Shown here one piece after another: positions 12,701 to 24,300 of a stretch of 64,000 nucleotides of DNA. The position numbers and the translations under genes are program-made. Source of the DNA: Tricharina praecox. Taxonomy: Eukaryota. Position 1 is the first letter of the stretch. Every line of letters starts with the position of its first letter. The stretch spans positions 186,001-250,000 of the forward strand of contig NW_026250436.1 in assembly GCF_024521635.1 (NCBI RefSeq), read 5' to 3'. Under the pieces are notes generated by a model. The model saw nothing but the letters and a program-made list of their open reading frames with translations. It was not told the origin of the DNA and ran no database searches.

Positions 12701-15700
12701 CGATAGAAGCCGAAGTGACATCCTCGGGAATGGGCTCGCCAGGTTCGAGCTGGATCGGGTTCTCGGCATTCTCGAATGCAGGCAGAGGGGATACCTTGAC
12801 CTCTTGCTCTTCCTCAACGGGTGCAGCCGGAACATTGGGTTCATCGCTCTCGAAAGACTCCTTGTCGAGCTTCACACGATCTTCGATAGAAGCCGAAGTG
12901 ACATCCTCAGGGATCGGTTCACCGGGGGCGAGCTGGATCGGGTTCTCGGCGTTCTCAAATGCAGGAAGAGGAGTAACTTTGACCTCCTGTTCCTCCTCGT
13001 GTTCGGCTGCCGCGTGGGTCTCCTCGATTGCTACGGGAGTCTCCTCGACTGCTGCGGGAGTCTCCTCGACTGCTGCGGGAGTCTCCTCGACTGGCGCGGC
13101 GGGAACATTAGGCTCCTCACTCTCGAAGGACTCCTTGTCGAGCTTGACGTTGTCGTGGATGGACGCAGTAATGTTGTCAGGAATGGGCTCACCAGGTTCG
13201 AGCTGGATCGGGTTCTCGGCGTTCTCAAAGCTGGGCAAGGGGGTAACCTTAACCTCTTGGGACAGATCCTCGGCGGGGGCGTCGGTAGCGACATCTTCCT
13301 GGAGTTCCTTAGGAACAACCGGCACAGTCGACTCCTCACTCTCATATGGCTCTTGGTCGAGCTTCACATGAGTGTCGATAGCCGCGGCAGTGATATCCTT
13401 TGGAATTTCCTCACCAGGCTGAAGGTGGATGGGGTTCTCGCCAATCTCCGATGCGGGAAGCGGGTCGACGTTTACCTCCTGGGAAGGCTCCTCCGTAGAT
13501 TCCACAACTTCGGGAGTCTTGTCTTCGGGTTGATCCAGCTTCTCGGCGACATCAGCAACCTCAGCCGCAGTGTCCGCAGCCTCAACCTCTTTGTCAGTGG
13601 TTGTTTCAGCGACATCCAACTTCTCGGCGACGTCGGCAACCTCCGCAGCAGTCTCGGCCACTTCGGTCTCCTTCTCAGTGGCGGCCTCTGGCTCAGGGTG
13701 AACAACGGCAGCTTCGGCAACCTCGGCAGTCTCAGCCACTTTGGTCTCCTCCTCAGTGGCGGCGAGCTCTGGAGTATCCAGGTGCGCAGCGACATCGGCA
13801 ACCTCCGCAGCAGTCTCAGCAACTTCGGTCTCCTTCTCTGTGGCGACCTCTAGCTCGGGGTGAACGGCGGCAGCCTCGGCAACCTCGACTTCCTGCTCAG
13901 TGACAGCCTCGGGTTGGTCGAGGTTCTCCGCAACATCGGCAACCTCCGCAGCAGTCTCCGCCACTTTGGTCTCTTCCTCAGTTGCAGCCGGTTCTGTCTG
14001 GTCGAGCTTCTCGGAGACGTCGGCAACCTCCGCAGCAGTCTCGGCGGCCTCAACCTCCTTCTCTGTGGCGGCTTCTGGCTCAGGGTGAAGGACGGCAGCT
14101 TCGGTAACCTCTGCGGCAGTCTCGACCACTTCGGGCTCCTTCTCAGTCGCAGCGGGTTCTGGCTGGTCGAGCTTCTCGGCGACGTCGGCAACCTCGGCAG
14201 CAGTCTCTGCAGCCTCGGTCTCCTTCTCAGTGGCGGCGGGCTCTGGAGCATCCAGGTGCTCAGCGACGTCAGCAACCTCGGCAGCAGTCTCGGCGATCTC
14301 GACTTCCTTCTCAGTAGCAGCCGGTTCTGGCTGGGCGAGCTTCTCGGCGACGTCGGCAACCTCGGCAGCAATCTCTGCAGCCTCGGTCTCCTTCTCAGTG
14401 GCGGCGGGCTCTGGAGCATCCAGGTGCTCAGCGACGTCAGCAACCTCGGCAGCAGTCTCGGCGATCTCGACTTCCTTCTCAGTAGCAGCCGGTTCTGGCT
14501 GGGCGAGCTTCTCGGCGACGTCGGCAACCTCGGCAGCAGTCTCTGCAGCCTCGGTCTCCTTCTCAGTGGCGGCGGGCTCTGGAGCATCCAGGTGCTCAGC
14601 GACGTCAGCAACCTCGGCAGCAGTCTCGGCGATCTCGACTTCCTTCTCAGTAGCAGCCGGTTCTGGCTGGTCGAGCTTCTCGGCGACGTCGGCAACCTCC
14701 GCAGCAGTCTCGGCGGCCTCAACCTCCTTCTCTGTGGCGGCTTCTGGCTCAGGGTGAACGACGGCAGCTTCGGCGGCTGTAACCTCCTCCGAAGGAGCGT
14801 CATCGTGGCTGACGTGGACAATTTCTTCGTCCTCGTCCTTTACTTCCTCGTCTTTGGGTTTCTCATCGACGTGCTCGGATGCAGGCTCGACGTGCTCGGA
14901 TGCAGGCTCGACGTGCTCGGACGCTGCGGGCTCGGGGGTCTCGGAACGCACCGTCTCGGTGGGCGCAGACACGTCCTCCTTTGACTCTTCGGACTCGGGT
15001 TCTGCGGTTTGTTAGCATGCGTCCATATCGTGTGAAACAAATTGCATACCAGTCTTCGCTTCTTCCGTGACAGACTCAACGGGGGCTGCAGTCATCGCAA
15101 CGGCTTCGGGGGCCTCCTCCTTGGGAGCTTCCTTCTCCGAGGAAGTCTCTTCAGTCTGAGCGGCTTCCGCAACCTCCTCCGCCTTAGGGGCTTCGGAAGT
15201 CTCCTCGGCCTTCTCCGCGACCTCCGAGGTAGCCTTCCCAGTCGAAACGACATCCGCGTATGAAGGCGTCTCCTCAACCTTGGGAGTCTCCTCGACGTGC
15301 TCGGCCTCGTGGGTTTCGGGGGTTTCGGAGGTCATCTCGTTGACTTCGGGTGTCTCCGCGGCCTCCTCAACCTTGGGAGTCTCCTCAACATGCTCAGGCT
15401 TGTGGGTTTCGGCGGTTTCTAGGATATCCGTGGCCTCCTCAACCTTGGGAGCCTCCTTCTCCAAGGAAGTCTCTTCGATCTCAGCGGCTTCCGCGACCTC
15501 CTCCACATTAGGGGCTTCGGAAGTCTCCTCGGCCTTCTCCGCGACCCCCTCAGTCGAAACAACGTCCGCGTATGAAGGGGTCTCCTCGACGTGCTCGGGC
15601 TTGTGGGCTTCGACGGTTTCGGGGGTCTCCAAAGCCTCCTCAACCTTGGGAGTCTCCTCAACGTGCTCAACCTTGGGAGTCTCCTCGACGTGCTCAATCG

Positions 15701-17468
15701 TGGGTGTCTCCTCGACGTGCTCGGCCTCTTGGGTTTCGGAGGTTTCGGGGATCTCCGCCGCCTTCTCAACCTTGGGAGTCTCCTCAACGTGCTCAACCTT
15801 GGGTGTCTCCTCGACGTGCTCAATCGTGGGTGTCTCCTCGACGTGCTCGGCCTCGTGGGTTTCGGAGGTTTCGGGGATCTCCGCCGCCTTCTCAACCTTG
15901 GGAGTCTCCTCGATGTGCTCAACCTTGGGTGTCTCCTCGACGTGCTCAATCGTGGGTGTCTCCTCGACGTGCTCGGCCTCGTGGGTTTCGGAGGTTTCGG
16001 GGATCTCCACCGCCTTCTCAACCTTGGGAGTCTCCTCGATGTGCTCAACCTTGGGAGTTTCCTCAACGTGCTCGGGCTTGGGACTCTCCTCAACGTGCTC
16101 GGGCTTGGGAGTCTCCTCGACGTGCTCGGGCTTGGGGGTTTCGGCGACTTCGGAGATCACCGCGGCCTCCTCAACCTTGGGTGCCTCCTTCTCCAAGGAA
16201 GTCTCTTCATTCTCAGCGGCTTCCGCGACCTCCGCCTTGGGGGTTTCGGAAGTCTCCTCGGCCTTCTCCGCAATCTCCGAGTTAGCCTCTCCAGTCGAAA
16301 CAACGTCTGCGTATGAAGGCGTCTCCTCGACATGCTCGAGCTTGGGAGTCTCCTCGACGTGCTCGGCCTCGTGGGTTTCGGGGGTCCCCGCGACCTCCTC
16401 AACCTTGGGAGTCTCCTCGACGTGCTCGGCCTTGGGGGTTTCCTCGACATGCTCGACCTTGTGGGTTTCGGCAACCTCGGGTGTCTCGTCATCGACGTTA
16501 GGAACTTCCTTCTGCCCGACTCCCTCCACCTCGGGGGTTGCCAGGGTCTCCTCGGCCTTCTCCGCAACCTCCGGTGCAGCCTCGTCGGTCTTGTGCGCGA
16601 CCTCTTCGGATTCGGTGACGTCCACAGGCGCAGCAACTTCCGCATACGTGGGCGCCTCCTCGACCTTAGGCGTCTCCTCGACAGCATGCTCGGTGGTTAC
16701 CGGCTCCTCCCTCGGTGTCTCGTCCTCGTGGTGTGCGGGTGCCTCGACGGGTTCCACAGCCTTGAGGTCCTCGTGTTCCTCGACCTTAGGTTCATCGAGT
16801 ATTGCCGCAATGTCCTCGATCGGAGCGTCGGCCTTCGGTGGATGTTCCGCCTCCTCCTCCACTCTCTCCTCGCTAGAGCCGGAGTGTGGGGGCTCGGCAT
16901 GTTCCGTCGGCTCATTAGCCTTCTCGGTCTCGGCAACGTCGGCAATTGACTCGGCTTCAGTAATAGGCTCAGCAACAGCGACGACATCCTCAATCGGTGG
17001 CTCCCCTTTGATCGGCTCAGCCGTCTTCTCCGGTGCCTCCTCGACGACCGGCGCCGCGACTTCCGACTCGGGTTCCGCGTGAGCCTTGTCCTCTTCCTTC
17101 TCGGCTATTGGTTCCTCCGTCGTCGTCGTGCTCTCCTCCAATGACTTCGCAGTGGGTTCCTCCTCCTCGAGTATGGGAACCACCTCCATCTTGACCGGCT
17201 CAGCCTCAGCCTGCACGTCCTCGACCGCAGCCACGGGAATGGTAGCCGCCTCTTCGATAGCAATGGCCTCCGGCGTCTCTTCCGTCAACGGCAGGATACC
17301 GCTAGCCGACAGAGGTGTAGGAGGTAGGTTATGGTTATTGTTGCTACCCTCGATGCTGTCGCTAGGAGTTGGGGGGCCGGAGATCTCCTCGTCTTCATCT
17401 GGGCCTATTGTCGGTGTTGACGGTGTGGATGTGGACATCGAGGAGCCAGCTTCACTGCCACTGTTGCT

Positions 17469-17499
<31 letters not shown>

Positions 17500-17727
17500 T
17501 TTTTCTTAGCAGTCGTTGTTGTGGCGGAGGCTTCGGGTGTTGGTAAGCTTGTCGTGGAGGTATCGATAGGCGCGGGCATGGGCTATGAGTAATTCGAAAC
17601 GATTGTTCCTTCATGTCAGTCTGGTGGGGGAGGTGGGGCGGGGGGTGGGGGGCGGGGGGAAACGAGATGGAGATGGATGTACCTTCTCGGGAACATTGAC
17701 GGCTACGGATTCGGCGGCGGAATCCAT
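9714..17727 (-). CDS. Giant (~2,600 aa) acidic tandem-repeat protein of unknown function
   Basis: Exon 1 17683-17727 (MDSAAESVAVNVPEK), intron 17583-17682, exon 2 15050-17582, intron 15002-15049 (GTATGC...GCTAAC...CAG), exon 3 9714-15001 with a possible in-frame 72-nt intron at 10634-10705. The splices join ORFs 15012-17579 and 9714-14972 in frame. Confidence 0.85.
10845..13475 (-). repeat. Coding tandem repeat, 14 copies of a ~61-aa (183-nt) unit
   Basis: Consensus VKVSPLPAFENAENPIQLxPGEPIPEDVTSASIDDHVKLDKESFESDEPNVPAAPVEEEQE, counted in the translation. Confidence 0.95.
13530..14760 (-). repeat. Coding tandem repeat, ~12 copies of a 28-aa unit with a 56-aa higher-order A/B alternation
   Basis: Unit PEPAATEKEvEaAETAAEVADVAE(K/H)LD. 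Near-identical 168-nt blocks at ~14170-14680. Confidence 0.93.
15250..16700 (-). repeat. Coding repeat array of 9-aa EHVEETPK(V) units with higher-order blocks
   Basis: Many HVEETP/HIEETP copies, three near-identical ~39-aa blocks at ~15680-16030, and recurring PSYADVVST. Confidence 0.9.
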
Positions 17728-20092
17728 GATGGCTAGGGTATATTACAGTCCTCCGAGTAGGATGAAGTGGAAGAACGCGGGTGAGACGGGGGCGGGCGGC
17801 GGACGGGGCGGAGAGAGGCGGAGTTGTAGACGTTGATAGTAGAGGTATGGAGGTAGGCAAGGTACAGGTGGAGGGGTTTTTTGGGGCAGAAGAAGTAGGA
17901 TGATGAATAGGTGGCGGTAGGAGGGATGGCTGGAGGAGGTTGGGTTGGCTAGGTGGATAGGTAGTTAGGGTCTCTTCCGTCCGGAGAGAGGGAGAGAGAG
18001 AGCGAGTTCGTGACGGGGCGTTGGGAAAAACTACGAGGGCGACTAGAACGAATCGCGGTTAGCGGAGGACCGTGCTTATTGGTTGAGGGATGATGGCTGA
18101 TGATGATGATGATGATGTTATGCTGCAGAAGGAAAGTGGCGGACGAATAACAACCTCTTCTATCCTCATCCAGGTCCGTTTGTGTTCTATGGCGCGGTGG
18201 GTATGGGGAGAGATGCGGCGGAAACGGAGGGAGAGGAAGACGGGAGTGAGAGGTTGGTACAGAGTTGTCGGAGAAGAATCTTTTCCCCGTCCGGCGGATT
18301 CAGATGAGGCTGGGGGGTTGGGGTTTGAAGAGATGGAGTTTGTGGAAGTGGGGGTGGGGAGAGGGAGGTGGTTGGTTGGTGGGGGGAGGGGGACAGACGA
18401 GGAAACAGAAGGAGGAGGACGAGGAGGAGAGGAAGAGGAAGAGGGAGGAGGGGAGTGGGCTCTGGCGGTTAACCAACCACGACAATGAGACGGTGGACAG
18501 ACAGACCACCCGCCCCACCGAGAACGAGCAAGAGGATACGGCCTACCTGAAGCAGAGTACTACTGCCGGTTCGTGGGTTTGTGATGTGATATCCTTGGCT
18601 TGTTATGTACGGGACATGCACGCGCAACAGACGATTCGCGATTGGATTGGAGGGCTCTGGTCACGGGAGTGGTGGCAGTGGTTACTGAGGACAGGAGATG
18701 TACTCTAGAGCGGTTGTGTGGTGAGTGGTGGGGTTGTGCGATGCAGGTCTGCGTCGTGCGTGTGCTGCGCGTATTAGATGGAAATCTGCACAAACGGCGA
18801 GGCGTCGAGGCGGGCAACTACAAGGGTGGTTGGGAGGGGGTGGTGGTGTGAGTGGGATGTGGGATGATGATGCTGAGGTGAATGGCGAGAGAAGAGTGAA
18901 GTGAAGGTTGTGGTCACGAATACAACAGAGTAGTAACCAACCAAACACGGTAGCAAGTAATCAAAAGACGGGACGACGAAAGCGGCAGACAATCTTCAGG
19001 CCTCACCCGCCTTCTTGTCCGCCTCTCCATCTGTCCTCTCTCCCTCCGTCCGCGTCCAGTCATAACCAACCCTACCCCCATCCCCATCCAACGCTGAAAC
19101 CAGTCGTCCTTCTCCGCAATTGGGTCCCCGCCCAACTGCGTCCGCCCGCAAATCCGCCTCACTCATCATCCACACACCCACCCAGTTTCCAAACTCTACA
19201 CTGCTTCCCCATCCGAGCTCCGACATCAATCGATCTAACTTTACGCATGGAGTAAACTCTACAGTACATCATGCTTCCTAGATGGAGTACTCGGTACATG
19301 CTACCTAATACTGTAAATTGGCATCACCTGTCCGCTTCTTCATCTTCTTCTTCTTCCCTCTTCCCTTCCACCGCCACCATAGTACAAGTACCGACGACCA
19401 CGTCAGCCAGTCGTACCAATGGCCAACGGCATCCTCCCCCTCATCCCGATTCCCCCTCCTCATCCACCGTTTCCATTTCCTTATCGTACTGGTACGCACT
19501 CTACAGTACTTGTCCCCATCCCGATCTCGAAACCACATCACAACCGAGATAGATTATGCCCGAACGTCAGCTGCCCCTCCCCCTCCTCCCGCCCCTCCGC
19601 CAGGCAAGCCCCTCCCTCTCTCCATCCCTTCATCCCTTCCCTCCCTCACCCTCACCTCTCCTTCTTCGTTAGACCTTCCACTCGGCAAACCAGACGTGGC
19701 TTGGCCCCGCACGCGCGAACTACACAACCTCAGGGTTCAAGGGAAGGAAAGGCAAGGGAAGGGGAGGGGGACACCGGTGTTTCCCTTCCCTTTCAACTTT
19801 GATGTCCGTGCGCTACGGGGATCCCTGTTCCTTGTGCTATGTATGCTTGTGCTTGTTCGTGTGCTGTGCTGTGCTGTGCTGCGCTGTGCTTCTGCTTGTG
19901 CTGCTAACTGGTGCTGCTATGTACTGGTGCTGTGCTTGTGTATGTGATGTGCTGTGCTGGTCCTGGCTGGTGCTGAAGTGGTGCTGAAGTGTTTTTTTTC
20001 TCACGCGATCGCGGGCGGAGAAACAGTGGACAAGGCGGAGGCGGAGGTGGAGGACACTTGTGTCGCTTCGACTCTGCTTCTTTGGCTTCTTC

Positions 20093-20124
<32 letters not shown>

Positions 20125-20156
20125 CTTCTCCTTCTTCTCCTTCTTCTCCTTCTCAT

Positions 20157-20548
20157 TCGTTTGCCGCTTCCGCGCACCGAAAGTCCTATCGAGGCGCATG
20201 GCTGTTGGACGCCGGCTCCTGCGCGGCCGTTCGAACGGGTCGGGCAGTCGGACTTCGAGACCCCTCCATCGGAGACCTCCATCGGAGATCGTAAGCCTTA
20301 CTTCGTAGTTAAACCGCCAGTGCTGCCTGCGATGTTCTTCTGCTTCTTCTTCTTCGTCTTCTTCACTTCGTCTCCTCCTTCTCCTTCGTTTGCCGCTTCC
20401 GCGCACTCAAAGAACTCTCGAAGCGCATGGCTACTGGCCATCGGCTCCCGCAGGCTGCGCGGTCGTTCGAGTACCTAGTCGGACTTCGAGATCCCTCCCA
20501 TCGGAGATCGCAAGTCGTAAGTCGTAAGCCTTACTTCGTAGTTAAACC
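20157..20548. repeat. Degenerate ~160-bp direct duplication (20157-20315 and 20386-20548), each copy preceded by a CTT-rich tract
   Basis: Shared blocks TCGTTTGCCGCTTCCGCGCAC, GCGCATGGCT, AGTCGGACTTCGAGA, CCATCGGAGATCG and GTAAGCCTTACTTCGTAGTTAAACC. Confidence 0.9.
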
Positions 20549-21300
20549 ATCAACGGTAACAATGGTACATACTACTATATCTGCCTGCCATCGTGATGCG
20601 ATACGTACTCTACGTACTCTACTCTACTCTACATCCATAGAGTATCGCCATGTACCGTACATACGGGTGTAATCCGCGCAAACCAGATGGGGATGCGCGA
20701 GGAATACCTCTGTATGTAGGTGGAAGAAGCACAACGAATTAAATACCTCTCCATCTATGACTTTTACATAGGCACTCACTTTACACCTAGATGGTATGTG
20801 GGTATGTCCTCATCACATCCGTGAGGTGAGGAATCAGGATGCCGATGGCCGATGTCCGATGTCCGACAGTCCGATGGGATGCGGACAGGGTGCTACCTCC
20901 ACTCTACATACCTCACAGAGTGCTCGAGCGTAGAGTGGAGTGGAGTGGAGTGCCCTGACACGCCGAGCGCTGAGCAGTGCCCACGGTCAGAGCGGGGCGG
21001 GGCGGGGCGGGGCACAAGTGAACCGTCAGCCTGTCAGAGTCAGAGTGCACGTGCAAAGGCGGGGTTTCCGCCGAGTATCTATCATAGTAACTACAAGTAC
21101 ACAACAAGTCACCCAGCATAAAACTCGAAATCAATAACAATGACAATGACACAACTCCCAATTGCTCCGCAGAAAGGAAGAACCATATTTTTCCATCGAA
21201 AACATTTCCATTGACAACATTTGCATTTCCATCGAAAACATTAACATCAAGATTCAACCATCGGAATCGACGACTAAGTACCTGGTCTATGTAATGCTGA

Positions 21301-24300
21301 CTAGTATTCAAAGTTATCATCGACGCCCTTCTTGGCGTTGTTCTTCACAACGTCCTGGTTTTGATACATCTCGGCCACTTGCTGGGCGGAGGTAGCATCG
21401 TCGGGCTTCTTATCGTCGCGTTCCCTAATGAAGCGTGGGAACCTCAAGCTGACGCCCCTGCCCTTGCCCTCGACATCGGCCAGTCCCTTGGCGGCCATGT
21501 ACTTCGGGCTGAGCGAGAGGTCGGCGGTCTTGACCTCCCAGACGACCTTTGGCTCGAACCAGACGTCTGGCTGCTGCATGTTCCCCGTGGCATGGACGTA
21601 GTACGGCTTCGGTTTCTCGATCTCGAATTCCAGCAGCTGGGTGTGAAACTTGATGAGGACCTCCTCCGAGAAGCCCGTGCCGATGTTGCAGATGGTCTCG
21701 TAGTTCTGCGTGGCCGGGTTGTAGCAGGCGAGGAGGAACGAGCCGTAGACGCTCGTGCGCTTGCCTTTTCCGTGGTAGGCGCCGATCACGACGAGGTCGA
21801 GGGAGTCGCCCACGCCGTCGAGGTAGTCTTTCTTGAGCTTGAGCCAGTTGCGGGAGCGCTTCGATGGCTGGTAATAGGAGTCGGGCGTGTCGAGCATCTT
21901 GACCATGAGGCCTTCACAAGATGCTTTACAGGATTCTTCGAGGAAGGCCTGGATTATTTCGACTTCTTGGCCGTCAATGGCTGTGGCGAACGCGAACTCG
22001 CCTTCCACAGATTTGAAGGATGTGTACATCATCTTGCGGCGGTCTGCCAGACTGTCTTGGACCGTCGACTGCATGAGAGTTAGTGGCTATCGTAGCGAAA
22101 CGGATGGACGGAGAATTTACCTTTCCGTTGAGGAAGAGAAGGTCGAATCCATAGACACAGACTTTAACCTTGACGTCCTCGGCGGCAACGTCCTTCCTCT
22201 TACGCGTCTGGAGCTGCTGGAAAGGGAGGACCCTCTTCTCAACCCGGTCCCAAGCAACAGCTTCACAGTCGAGCACGAAACTCTCGACACCATCTGTCAC
22301 CCACTTATCTAGAGCAGCCAGTATATCAGGGTACTTGGGCGACAGCTCTTCCGAATTGCGGGAAAAGACCTTGGCAATCCCCTTCTTTTGGTCGATAGTC
22401 GGGAACTCGACCGAAGAGTTAGGTGCCACATAGTGGATCTGTACTCGCTCGCCGTCGTATTTGTACTCACACGTGAATCTCTTTCCCTCGAAGCGATCCG
22501 TGATTTCAGCTATCGACTTGGTGGGTTTTGCGAGCATAGGCTTGAGTGGAACACCGGGCTGGAGTTTGCAGGCGTCCTTGAGATTCATGATACCAACTTT
22601 CATGATCTCGGGGATGATGATCTCATAATTTGGTAGTTCGCTGTAGACCTCTTTGAGCATGGCTTCTGCGGCAATCATCTGTTCCAGACTGGGCGCCTTC
22701 TTGCCTGCCTTTTCCGCCTCGTGCACGATGACGGCCTGACTCAGTCCCACGATGACTGTTCTGTCCGCCAGTCCCAGTCTCAGCTTTCCCTCGAGTCCGC
22801 GAACAAGGAACTTGGCTTCATCTCCCTTGGCAGCAGACAGCATCTTTTTGATGCCGTCTACTTTGCGACCCTGACCACCATCTCCTTTGACCAACGCGAT
22901 GTCCCTGAGTCCAGTATGGACACTGCGAACAGTAAGTGGCTTCGGCGGGAACAGGGTCGTCTGGGTATTCCGACTCTTCTGCGCGATCTCGCCCAGGTCC
23001 CCAATCTGTTTATGCTCTTCCTTGAGTGTCGCTAATGTCCGTCCACACGACTCACAGATAGCCTTCATCAGCAGACTCTCGCCTATTCCCAGCTCGATGC
23101 CCTCGTAGTCCGCGGCGATTCTATTGATCATCAAGTGGATGACCAATAGTAACTCGTCGGGTGTCAGCCTCAACACCTGCCGCAGAAACAGCGAAGTATG
23201 CGACACCTTCTCGAGACGTTTGGTGGTCGATTCGATCAACGAGAACGTCGCGACCAGAGCCGCGTAGGGTATCGATGCACCGGCCTTCCAGTCAGGATAT
23301 GCATTCACGTCGTTGCCCTTGCTAGTGAGCTTCGCCTGTACCACCTTGCGCCCCTTGATAGTGATGACGGGCTTCTTGATCTCGACCTCGACGTCGCTTC
23401 CAGCTTCCACATCACTCTTGTCCGACTCGGACGCTGACTCCTCAGACTTCTCCTCTGTCTTTCCAGCTGCCGCCTTTTTGCCCTTCGCCGTAGTGGTCTC
23501 AGCCTTCACCTTCGGAGATTTCTTCGACTTCACCGCAGGTTCCTCCTCGTCATCCTGCTCGATGTCCTCTGCCTCTTCTGTCTCCTTCGTCGGCGTCGTC
23601 TTCCCCTTCACCGCCTTCTTCTTCGATTCGGGTTCAGGTGTAGCCTCCTTCTTTTTCTTCGCAAGCCCCCTCTTCGCAGGCTCCGTTTTAATCGCTGGCT
23701 CCTTCTTGGTCGCGGACACCTTGCTGGTCACGGGCTCCTTCTTCTTTGCAACAGGACTAGCCGCCGTCGTCCTCGACTTCCGTCCCCGCTTCGTGACTGG
23801 CTCCTCATCTTCGTCCTCGACTTCAGACACTTCCTTCTCGATCTTGACCTCCGCCTCCTCTTTCTCAACCTCATCGCGAGCACGTTTCTTTGCTGGCACT
23901 GCAATTAATCGTCAGCACACCCCACCTACCCCACAACAAGTGAAGCGAACATACCAGTCTTCTTGGAAGTACCATCCGCCTTCTTCGACGTCTTTTCACT
24001 TGCCAGCTCCTTCTTTGCTAACGCATCCTCGGCGTCCACGTCCACCATGACCTCATCCTGCGGTTCCTCGACTTTCACCTCATCGTCACCACCCAATTCC
24101 TGCTTCGCCTCCTTCTTGGGCTTGCTCGTCAAGACAGTCTGCTGTGGTGCAGGCTTCGCAACGCCCTTGGGGAGTGTGAAATAGTTACTGTTCGCCCCTC
24201 CCCATCAGCACACTTCGTCACAGTCCCACGATCCCGGTCTCAATCGAAAGAGAAATACCCCAGCGTCGTCTGCAGCTTGACATACCTGAGTGTAGACTGT

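Noticed and set aside
10845..16700. Regularly spaced DNA repeats resembling a CRISPR array
   Set aside because: They are in-frame coding repeats without unique spacers, there are no cas genes, and the context is eukaryotic.
10872..17082. Long plus-strand ORFs (993, 374 and 600 aa) opposite the giant repeat gene
   Set aside because: Antisense shadows caused by repeats and codon bias; Leu/Gly- or Ser-rich translations with no independent features.
9714..17727. Assignment as Leashin or PxdA
   Set aside because: Only compositional similarity; no recognisable terminal domains of those proteins (e.g. no F-BAR or long coiled coil).
17730..19950. Many short ORFs upstream of the giant gene
   Set aside because: Low-complexity purine/pyrimidine tracts with no coherent gene model; likely promoter or UTR.
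21186..21248. Short ATTTCCATCGAAAACATT-type repeats
   Set aside because: Small local duplication in the CDC9 3' region with no sign of function.
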